Position numbers and translations under genes: made by a program
Shown: piece by piece, positions 46,415 through 52,653 of the stretch
Position numbering within the stretch: position 1 is the stretch's first letter
How the letters are laid out: every line of letters begins with the position of its first letter
From: an uncultured Candidatus Bathyarchaeia archaeon
Lineage (GTDB): Archaea > Thermoproteota > Bathyarchaeia > Bathyarchaeales > SOJC01
NCBI GenBank assembly: GCA_964348215.1
Contig: CAYGBS010000001.1
Coordinates: 1 to 52,653, forward strand
Length of the DNA stretch: 52,653 nucleotides
Direction of reading: 5' to 3'
The notes under the pieces: model-generated
What the model was told of the DNA's origin: nothing
Seen by the model: only the letters and a program-made list of their open reading frames with translations
Database searches by the model: none

Positions 46415-47872
46415 ATGAAAAAAGAGACAAGCACTGAACGTGTCTGGCCTTATGTTTTGCCATTTCCCTTAGACCCTGCAAAGCGCGCATTGATCTGGGC
46501 CATTCTCCAGTCCAGGGTTGGGCTCAGAATCTTGGAAAATCTAAGCGTTGACAAGAGAACCTATCAGCATGATTTGATTCAGGACCTACCGTACTCTAAC
46601 AAGTCGATTATTAAGTATCTGAAGAAGATGGTGAAGGCTGAGGTTCTCGAGCAAGGTATGGAGACAAGCAGGGAAAAGGGAAGAGCCGTTTGGATCAAGT
46701 GGTACAAACCAACAAGGTTCGGCAAGTGGCTTATTCTCTTTTTGAAGACTCCAAGTGAGGTTTCTTCAGATCTGAAGAAAACTGTTATTGAAGAGCTTTT
46801 CCGCCTCTACTCATCTAGCATTGTTGGGGTCTGCCAAAGGTATGGCATGAACATTGATTCGTTTCATCAAATTCTCAATAAGCAGCATCTACTTGAAATC
46901 GTTAGGGAACAGCTTGAAAATAAACCTGAAGTAACTGTTTTCGGAAGCGTCGCCCTTGATATTTATGGAGTCTTGAAAAGGCTGCCAAGTTCCGATGAAC
47001 TGGTTTACGTTGAGGAGACGGGGCGTTATCCTGGAGGAATGGGTGCAAATGTAGCAGTTGCCCTTGCCAAACTCGGCGTTCCGGTCACCTTTTTCGGTAG
47101 AATCGGAAATGACTTTGCCGGAAGTATGCTCCTAGAGAATCTAAGCAAAAGCAATGTGGATGTGTCGAATGTTCAACTTGTTGATGCACATTCTGTTCAA
47201 ACTCTGATTCTCAGCGACAAAGAAGAGCGTCGCTGGCTGTTAGATATAAGCTCTCGCCAGGCCGCAATCTCTCTAAGATTGCCTGAAGAAGTCAACTGGA
47301 AAATCATCAAGGACTGCAAAGTCGTTTACATAGGAGAAGTTTTCAGTGAAATTGCTTCAGCTATAGGCCAGTACGCAAGAGCAAGAGGCAAAACTGTCAT
47401 CTATCGACCTGGCGCTCCTTTCATGGAGTTTGGCATCAAAAATCTCCACAGAACACTCGATTATACGACAATATTCATCCTGAACCAAACAAGCTGGAAG
47501 CAACTGCAATCTTCATCTAGACAAAGTCTGGAAAATCCTGCCGGTCTGCTGAAATATGGTCCGAGAAACGTGATTCTCACCAAGGGCGCCGAAGGATGCG
47601 AAATCTTTTCCATCGATAGACATCAAGAGTTCTCCGTGTCGTCTCAGTTGAAGACGGAGTTTAAACCTGTTGATCCGACAGGAGCCGGAGATGCTTTTTC
47701 TGCCGGCTTAATCAAAGGGCTACTCAGCAACTGGAGCCTTGACAAAGCTGCTGGTTACGGACAGGTTGTTGCATCCATTGCGTGCTCTCGAGTTGGCGCC
47801 AGCCCTTCATTTCCCGCCGAAGAAGAAGCTAAAGCAGCATGGGACCTTCTTCTTCACCAGCACGATCCATAG
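46415..47872 (+). CDS. Fusion protein: N-terminal winged-helix (ArsR-like) domain plus C-terminal PfkB/ribokinase-family sugar kinase
   Basis: N-terminal RILENLSVDKRTYQHDLIQDLPYSNKSIIKYLKKMVKAEVLEQ. C-terminal GGMGANVAVALAKLG ... DPTGAGDAFSAGLI (PfkB signature). Confidence 0.75.
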   Translation: MKKETSTERVWPYVLPFPLDPAKRALIWAILQSRVGLRILENLSVDKRTYQHDLIQDLPYSNKSIIKYLKKMVKAEVLEQGMETSREKGRAVWIKWYKPTRFGKWLILFLKTPSEVSSDLKKTVIEELFRLYSSSIVGVCQRYGMNIDSFHQILNKQHLLEIVREQLENKPEVTVFGSVALDIYGVLKRLPSSDELVYVEETGRYPGGMGANVAVALAKLGVPVTFFGRIGNDFAGSMLLENLSKSNVDVSNVQLVDAHSVQTLILSDKEERRWLLDISSRQAAISLRLPEEVNWKIIKDCKVVYIGEVFSEIASAIGQYARARGKTVIYRPGAPFMEFGIKNLHRTLDYTTIFILNQTSWKQLQSSSRQSLENPAGLLKYGPRNVILTKGAEGCEIFSIDRHQEFSVSSQLKTEFKPVDPTGAGDAFSAGLIKGLLSNWSLDKAAGYGQVVASIACSRVGASPSFPAEEEAKAAWDLLLHQHDP

Positions 47873-48196
47873 CCTGTATCAATTATTACAACAACTTGTC
47901 GATTTTTCCTTTATGATAGCTGAAGTAGTTCTCATCTGATAACAAAGAATATACGTGTGTCACACACCTATCATGACAGCGAGTGTGAGGCATCGACACA
48001 ATACATGTATGTAAAACGTCGATTTTCTAGAAAGACTCTTCATCTTTCTTTCTCCCCCCTCCACTCGCTACATTCAATGCAGTTTTTCAAGCGCAAGAGT
48101 CTTTTCACCTGAAGTATCTCCACATTTGTCAAAATTAGACTATTTAGGTGTGAGGCTGTTCAGACAATACATCAGCAACACAACAACAGCAAATCT

Positions 48197-48979
48197 CTAC
48201 CAACGTTCGCCGACCAACTCCAAGACCCGACGTGGAGAAAAAAACGCAAAAACCGTTTGAGGCAATCGTCTTCCAAGTTTCGGTGCTAACCCAACACCGT
48301 CTGTTCCCAGCTTGCAAACAACAACGTGCTCCGAGGGAGACAGAGACTCAACCCCCAATACATCACGGCTAAGCCTTGCCTTATGAACTGCCCTCTTCAC
48401 ATTTTCAGCAAACGTCCCTAAAACAATCAAGCGATCGACCCGGCTATCAATCCAATGGCTGTAAAGCTCTAGCTGCTTCTCCGTTAGCTCTGCTACAAAT
48501 CCTTCACTACCGATCTCTCTTATTCGAATCTCCATAGGGAAGTTTTCTACAAGTCCAAATAGCTCAGCAATACGCTTTAGCGCAAACTTTCTACCGTCAA
48601 CTAACTGCCCCTGCAAGCGCTGAAGTGGCACGATTGCATAGGTAGGTTTTGGCGAGACGACTCCGACATCCACAGAAATTCCCATTTTGCTTCGGTTTGG
48701 AAGTGTAATTCTTCCACGCAGCACAGAAAACCGTTCAATGCACTCAGCAACGATTGGAGCTAAGCCTACTTTTTGCTCCAAGAAACGTAGAGTAACAATT
48801 TCATCCTCGCCGGAAACCGAAAGCTTAACCCAGCCAGTCTCTATCCGACTGAAATTGGATAACGTGACTCTCACTCCTTCGCATAATCCTTTCAAATATT
48901 CCTCGAATCCTTCAAGAGAAACTCTCCCGTAAATCCTTTGAAGAAGCACTACCTCATGCAAAAAAGATTCCTTCTTCAA
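48197..48979 (-). CDS. Conserved archaeal hypothetical protein
   Basis: 260-aa ORF with a TTG start abutting the stop of the HD gene. No motif that I can name with confidence. Confidence 0.4.
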   Translation of the reverse strand: MKKESFLHEVVLLQRIYGRVSLEGFEEYLKGLCEGVRVTLSNFSRIETGWVKLSVSGEDEIVTLRFLEQKVGLAPIVAECIERFSVLRGRITLPNRSKMGISVDVGVVSPKPTYAIVPLQRLQGQLVDGRKFALKRIAELFGLVENFPMEIRIREIGSEGFVAELTEKQLELYSHWIDSRVDRLIVLGTFAENVKRAVHKARLSRDVLGVESLSPSEHVVVCKLGTDGVGLAPKLGRRLPQTVFAFFSPRRVLELVGERW

Positions 48980-49504
48980 TCAAAGGCAAATTGAGAAATC
49001 TTCATGCCACTGTTTCAAACGTTCAACTGCTTCTTCTGGAACGTTCTCATCTTGCCAAAACCTTTCAACAGCCACCTCAATAGGCACTCGTATTAGACCT
49101 TCAATCAGCTTATCAGCATAGGCCACAATCTGCTCTTCTATGGACGTGGGAACGTAACTCTTCACAGGAAACCCCAATCGCTCAGCCTCACTTTCTGCGA
49201 TCCCCCCACCAACATGCCGCTCTATAATCAAAACCACCTCATTTGGCAGGTTCAACTCCCTTGCAATTTGAGCCCCAACAAGACCATGATCAACCTTATG
49301 AGTCCTCGCCCGACCACCATCATGTAAAAGCGCGCCGATTCGTACAAGCTCAACATCAACTGCCAAACCCTTTTCCTCACAGGCTTCAGCGATTTCCACC
49401 GCGAATTCTGCCACAACCTTACAGTGGTTCACAACATTATTCGAACAACCAGCCTTCTCCATGAGCTTCAGCGCTGTCCTCTCTGATGGTAACGGCTTAC
49501 TCAC
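48980..49504 (-). CDS. HD-domain metal-dependent phosphohydrolase
   Basis: HCKVV...LLHDGGR...H motifs, 174 aa. GTG start overlaps the tfe stop. Confidence 0.7.
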   Translation of the reverse strand: MSKPLPSERTALKLMEKAGCSNNVVNHCKVVAEFAVEIAEACEEKGLAVDVELVRIGALLHDGGRARTHKVDHGLVGAQIARELNLPNEVVLIIERHVGGGIAESEAERLGFPVKSYVPTSIEEQIVAYADKLIEGLIRVPIEVAVERFWQDENVPEEAVERLKQWHEDFSICL

Positions 49505-50009
49505 CTAGCTCTGTCCTCAATTGGCCAATCTTTCTAGACAAAACATCAACGACTTTGCCATTGTCAAAGTGCATCATAGGTTTACTGCAAGTTGGACATC
49601 TGAAAATCAGTTCCATTGCTTCCTCGAAGGGCACTCGCCTGCATCCAGGTGTGCCACAATAGTAGAAATCATGATTTTTCTCATAGCTGAGCCGTGCATC
49701 TAGCTTCTGCAAGACATGTTTCTTTTGATTCGTGATGAAACCTTCAAGCTGGTCTGGTTGAAGCTTCCAATGGAATATGAACCAACCTGTGTTTTCGTCT
49801 CTCGACCTCCTCAAGGACACAAGCGAATGGTCATACAGCTTGTAAAGTATCTTGCGAACGGAATTCAGCCGTATTCCAGTTTTGTTCGCTATCTGATCGT
49901 CCGTAATTTCGCCTGCATCTTTTAACGTGTAGATGATTTCAATAGCTTCTTCTTGTCCTAAAACTTCTGCGACTTTGACCAATGTCTCATCGTCTACGAA
50001 AGCCAACAT
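49497..50009 (-). CDS. tfe: Transcription factor E (TFE / TFIIE-alpha homolog)
   Basis: N-terminal winged helix (ITDDQIANKTGIRLNSVRKILYKLYDHSLV) plus a zinc ribbon (YYCGTPGCRR...RCPTCSKP). Confidence 0.8.
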   Translation of the reverse strand: MLAFVDDETLVKVAEVLGQEEAIEIIYTLKDAGEITDDQIANKTGIRLNSVRKILYKLYDHSLVSLRRSRDENTGWFIFHWKLQPDQLEGFITNQKKHVLQKLDARLSYEKNHDFYYCGTPGCRRVPFEEAMELIFRCPTCSKPMMHFDNGKVVDVLSRKIGQLRTELGE

Positions 50010-50085
50010 AGAGTACCTCGATCACCAATTAATATAATACTTACATGAAACATAAATCTCTTTATCGAAAATCTAAGATTGCCTT

Positions 50086-50616
50086 TTAAACTTTACTTTT
50101 CAAGACAACCTTTTTTCCGTGTTTTTGCGGAACGATCCTCAGTTTAGCGTCTTTGTGCCTCTTGGCTAGTTCTTTACCTTGGAAAAATCGATCTAGAAAG
50201 ATTGCGAGGCTGGAACATTCAGAGTGAGGCTGATTCCCGACAGCAACATTGAAATCTGAAATCTCGGGGGAAAAAAACTCGCTTGGGACCTTCTGGCTGC
50301 CGACGATGACCAATATGTCTCTTTCAGTCGCATTGATTCGTGGTATGATATCGCTTGTCTGAATATTCTCACCATAGGCAGTCAGATGGACAACTACGCC
50401 GGCTTTGGCCTTCCACTTTTTCACAGCTGTTTTCCAAGGGATACCCATTTCGAAAAAGAAAGAGCCACCCCAATTTTTGACAACTCCATCTACGGCTTCT
50501 TTGATTCTTCTGTCTTTTACATCTGATAGTATTATTCCAGATGCGCCCAGTGCTCTAGCAGTGAGAGCTACATGCGTTGTTAATCTCTCATCTCTCGATC
50601 GGTAGCCCCATCTCAA
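50086..50616 (-). CDS. trm56: tRNA (cytidine56-2'-O)-methyltransferase aTrm56 (SPOUT)
   Basis: LRWGYRSRDERLTTHVALTARALGASGIIL is typical of aTrm56. TTG start. Confidence 0.75.
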   Translation of the reverse strand: MRWGYRSRDERLTTHVALTARALGASGIILSDVKDRRIKEAVDGVVKNWGGSFFFEMGIPWKTAVKKWKAKAGVVVHLTAYGENIQTSDIIPRINATERDILVIVGSQKVPSEFFSPEISDFNVAVGNQPHSECSSLAIFLDRFFQGKELAKRHKDAKLRIVPQKHGKKVVLKSKV

Positions 50617-50650
50617 AACTACAACTTCAGGCAGGTTTGCTCCCTCTTAT

Positions 50651-51874
50651 CTATTTCAACTGAACAAGCTCTTTGACAACTCCACCGTGCTTTTTCACAC
50701 GCGCGAGGACTTTATCAGTGAATGTTGTCACTGCTTCAAAGACAATATCAGCCTGATCATTCTCATATTTTACGTCTTTCACGTCAGCGTAGTCGAAGAG
50801 CCATGAAAGGAAGGAAAGAGTCTCAGTTGAAAGAGGGATAGAGAAGGCAGCTTTGACGTAGTTTCTGAGATGCTTTGACAGCTCTTGCTTAAGACCGCTG
50901 ATATTCACGTTGTGCAATGCAGAGATAGGGACGACGTTTGGCGCCAAGGCTTTCACTGCTTCTGTTCTTTGTCGAGTTTCCAACTCTGTTAGCAGATCTA
51001 TTTTGTTAAGTGCGATTACCACAGGAATTCCGTTGGCGCCGATCTTTTGGATAGTGTCAAGGCCTACTGAAAGTTTTCTCTCAATCTCCAATAGCGGCTC
51101 ACCCGCGTCTACTATCAAGAGTATTAAGTCTGAGAATACCGTCTCTTCGAGAGTTGATCTGAAGGCTTCTATCAGCGCGAGTGGAAGTCGGTCGATAAAC
51201 CCCACTGTATCGGTTAAGAGAACTCGTTTTCCGAGTAACTCTACCATTCGAGTAGTAGTGGAGAGCGTTGTAAACAACCCTTCTCCTGTAGGCACTGTTT
51301 CTTGCACTAACAGGTTGAAAAGAGTGCTCTTTCCAGCATACGTATAACCTGCTAGCGAAATGGATGGAAAACCAAGCTCTCGCCTCCGCTTTCTATGCAA
51401 CCCCCTCTTTCTTCTCACTTTTCTCAGCTTTTCTTGTATTGTGTGAACTTGCCTCTGCACTGTCTCATGGTAACGGTCTACTTCATATGCACCTAGCCCC
51501 ATGAATCCTGGTTGTTCTTCCATCCTTGCAAGCCGAACCTTTTCCTTAGCATGTGCCAGTTCGTAGCGGAGTTTAGCTAGTTGAATCTGGAGCTTAGCCT
51601 CAGTCGTTGATGCTCTGCGGGTAAATATCTCGAGAATTAGGTGAAACCTGTCTATGGCCTCTACACTTGTCTCTTTTGCAAGATTGTAAGCCTGAACAGA
51701 TTTGAGCTTGTTGTCGAAGATTATTTTTTGGGCATTGTGCTCTTCGACTAACCGTGCAAGTTCTCTTACTTTGCCTCTTCCCACCTGAAAGCGTGGGTCA
51801 GCCCTACGTATTTGCTCAACATCTGCAACAACAGTGTATCCAGCCGCTTCCGCTAAGCTTTTGAGCTCTTTCAA
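50651..51874 (-). CDS. hflX: GTPase HflX (start codon uncertain; HflX-like sequence continues upstream of the first canonical start)
   Basis: HflX N-domain and helical linker, then the G domain SLAGYTYAGKSTLFN, DTVGF, NKIDL. The upstream in-frame sequence ...NKIRAIIAQRRLRNEPSS has no ATG, GTG or TTG. Confidence 0.85.
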   Translation of the reverse strand: MKELKSLAEAAGYTVVADVEQIRRADPRFQVGRGKVRELARLVEEHNAQKIIFDNKLKSVQAYNLAKETSVEAIDRFHLILEIFTRRASTTEAKLQIQLAKLRYELAHAKEKVRLARMEEQPGFMGLGAYEVDRYHETVQRQVHTIQEKLRKVRRKRGLHRKRRRELGFPSISLAGYTYAGKSTLFNLLVQETVPTGEGLFTTLSTTTRMVELLGKRVLLTDTVGFIDRLPLALIEAFRSTLEETVFSDLILLIVDAGEPLLEIERKLSVGLDTIQKIGANGIPVVIALNKIDLLTELETRQRTEAVKALAPNVVPISALHNVNISGLKQELSKHLRNYVKAAFSIPLSTETLSFLSWLFDYADVKDVKYENDQADIVFEAVTTFTDKVLARVKKHGGVVKELVQLK

Positions 51875-51918
51875 GCTACTGGGTTCGTTTCTTAGACGCC
51901 GTTGTGCAATGATGGCTC

Positions 51919-52452
51919 TTATTTTGTTGCCTCCGACGGTTTTTTCCTTTTTTTCACCAAATCACCTAATGTAAGGCTCTTTGATATAGGGGTCTTGGTT
52001 AGGAGCTTTTCTGGAAACTTCTCTTTGGTTGCTGGAACGAGAAGTTTAACCTTCAATGCATACTGAATCTTCTCAGCTAGCTTGTTATCAGGTCTCATTT
52101 TACGGCTTTCAAGCTTTCTAAGCACGGAGACTTTTTCGTTAATTTTTCGGCCCAAATCCTCATGGCTTAGTCCTTGGGCTTCTCTCGCTTGACGTATGCG
52201 AGCATCGAAATCCTCAACGAGTTCCAGACTAGGTTCTAAGGGAGATTGCTGCCTTGCCGGAGCTTTGAATCGCCGTTTCAAAGGTCTTTGCATCTTAGCG
52301 AACTGCTTAGTAGGTTTCTGAGCTTTCAGCTCCCAGCTTATTGAACCTAGCGGTGCACAATTGCTACAGACTACGAGCCGTGCTCCTTCAATTATGGCCT
52401 TGTAAGCTTTGCCTGTTACTTGACGACCACAAACCTCACATTGCAAAGCCAT
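51919..52452 (-). CDS. mbf1: Archaeal multiprotein bridging factor 1 (zinc ribbon plus cro/C1 HTH)
   Basis: MALQCEVCGRQV...VVCSNCAPLG, followed by an HTH_3 region (IRQAREAQGLSHEDLGRKINEKVSVLRKLESRK). Confidence 0.85.
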   Translation of the reverse strand: MALQCEVCGRQVTGKAYKAIIEGARLVVCSNCAPLGSISWELKAQKPTKQFAKMQRPLKRRFKAPARQQSPLEPSLELVEDFDARIRQAREAQGLSHEDLGRKINEKVSVLRKLESRKMRPDNKLAEKIQYALKVKLLVPATKEKFPEKLLTKTPISKSLTLGDLVKKRKKPSEATK

Positions 52453-52515
52453 GTCACCTAAACTGTTTTACATGTCTTGGTTCTTTATAGTTGTTGTACT
52501 AGTCGTGGTGCAACC

Positions 52516-52653
52516 ATGCTACATAATTCTTTGCAGAAAATCCGTTCTGTTGCCGATTATCAGTTTGGACGGGGCGCCGGAGAAGTGCTTTTTCCCAATA
52601 ATGTGGAAATTTCTCTTTTAATAATATTAATATTTGATTTTTCTGTTTTCGAT
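52516..52653 (+). CDS. 5' fragment of an ORF cut by the window end; the N-terminus resembles pre-PUA/PUA-type RNA-binding proteins (uncertain)
   Basis: MLHNSLQKIRSVADYQFGRGAGEVLFPNNVE.... I recall the ADYQFGxGAG motif from archaeal PUA-domain proteins. The last ~35 nt are AT-rich and unlike that family. Confidence 0.3.
   Translation, partial: MLHNSLQKIRSVADYQFGRGAGEVLFPNNVEISLLIILIFDFSVFD

Noticed and set aside
47955-47967. Palindrome GTGTGT-C-ACACAC, and a 9-mer GTGTGAGGC repeated ~160 nt apart, in the spacer downstream of the kinase gene.
   Set aside because: The arms are too short and the loop is 1 nt, so no RNA hairpin can form. The 9-mer repeat is within chance for a 320-nt region. There is no associated gene or conserved box.
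51938-51956. Programmed -1 frameshift on the A-rich run (GTGAAAAAAAGGAAAAAACC) linking mbf1 to hflX.
   Set aside because: In the mbf1 zero frame the run does not form an X XXY YYZ slippery heptamer. An MBF1-HflX fusion makes no biological sense. Non-canonical initiation or an indel error is more plausible.

Overview
This is an archaeal chromosomal segment. The evidence is aIF2-alpha, S27e, L44e, Nop10, TFE, MBF1, aTrm56, class I LysRS and an STT3-type AglB. The eukaryote-like motifs in AglB and AglH suggest a TACK- or Asgard-like lineage, but that is inference.

Layout:
(1) 1-873: the end of gcvT, carrying an in-frame TAA.
(2) 928-17878: a large N-glycosylation and surface-glycan island. An aglB-led plus-strand array of 12 genes with overlapping junctions converges on a flippase and an rfbD-A-C-B dTDP-rhamnose operon.
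(3) 17925-20156: a tight PAC2 / Nop10 / aIF2-alpha / S27e / L44e block. Nop10 is absent from the ORF track.
(4) 20427-25615: hypD-A-B-C and hypF, the [NiFe]-hydrogenase maturation genes. hypD carries an in-frame TGA exactly at the first Cys of its GPGCPVC motif.
(5) 26131-28164: a membrane H+-pyrophosphatase.
(6) 28340-37012: an accessory-looking locus of uncharacterised genes. On one side are a double-wHTH protein, a 1101-aa TPR-like protein with a beta-sandwich tail, and a 139-aa protein. Diverging from them are an AbrB-like mini-protein and a 933-aa protein fusing a PqqD/RRE-like domain to an M50-like intramembrane metalloprotease. A 90-aa, highly basic KERVTA hexapeptide-repeat protein lies convergent to that pair.
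(7) 37188-52653: housekeeping genes: acs, argS next to tRNA-Arg(GCG), lysK, an MFS transporter, a wHTH-PfkB kinase fusion, an HD protein, tfe, trm56, hflX and mbf1.

I saw no CRISPR array, transposase or integrase. The best candidates for novelty are the RRE-M50 / repeat-peptide locus and the possible UxxC selenocysteine in HypD. Several gene lesions are present (gcvT, hypD, a small TPR gene, a VOC relic, the hflX start), so sequence quality or gene decay must be checked before any of them is interpreted as recoding.
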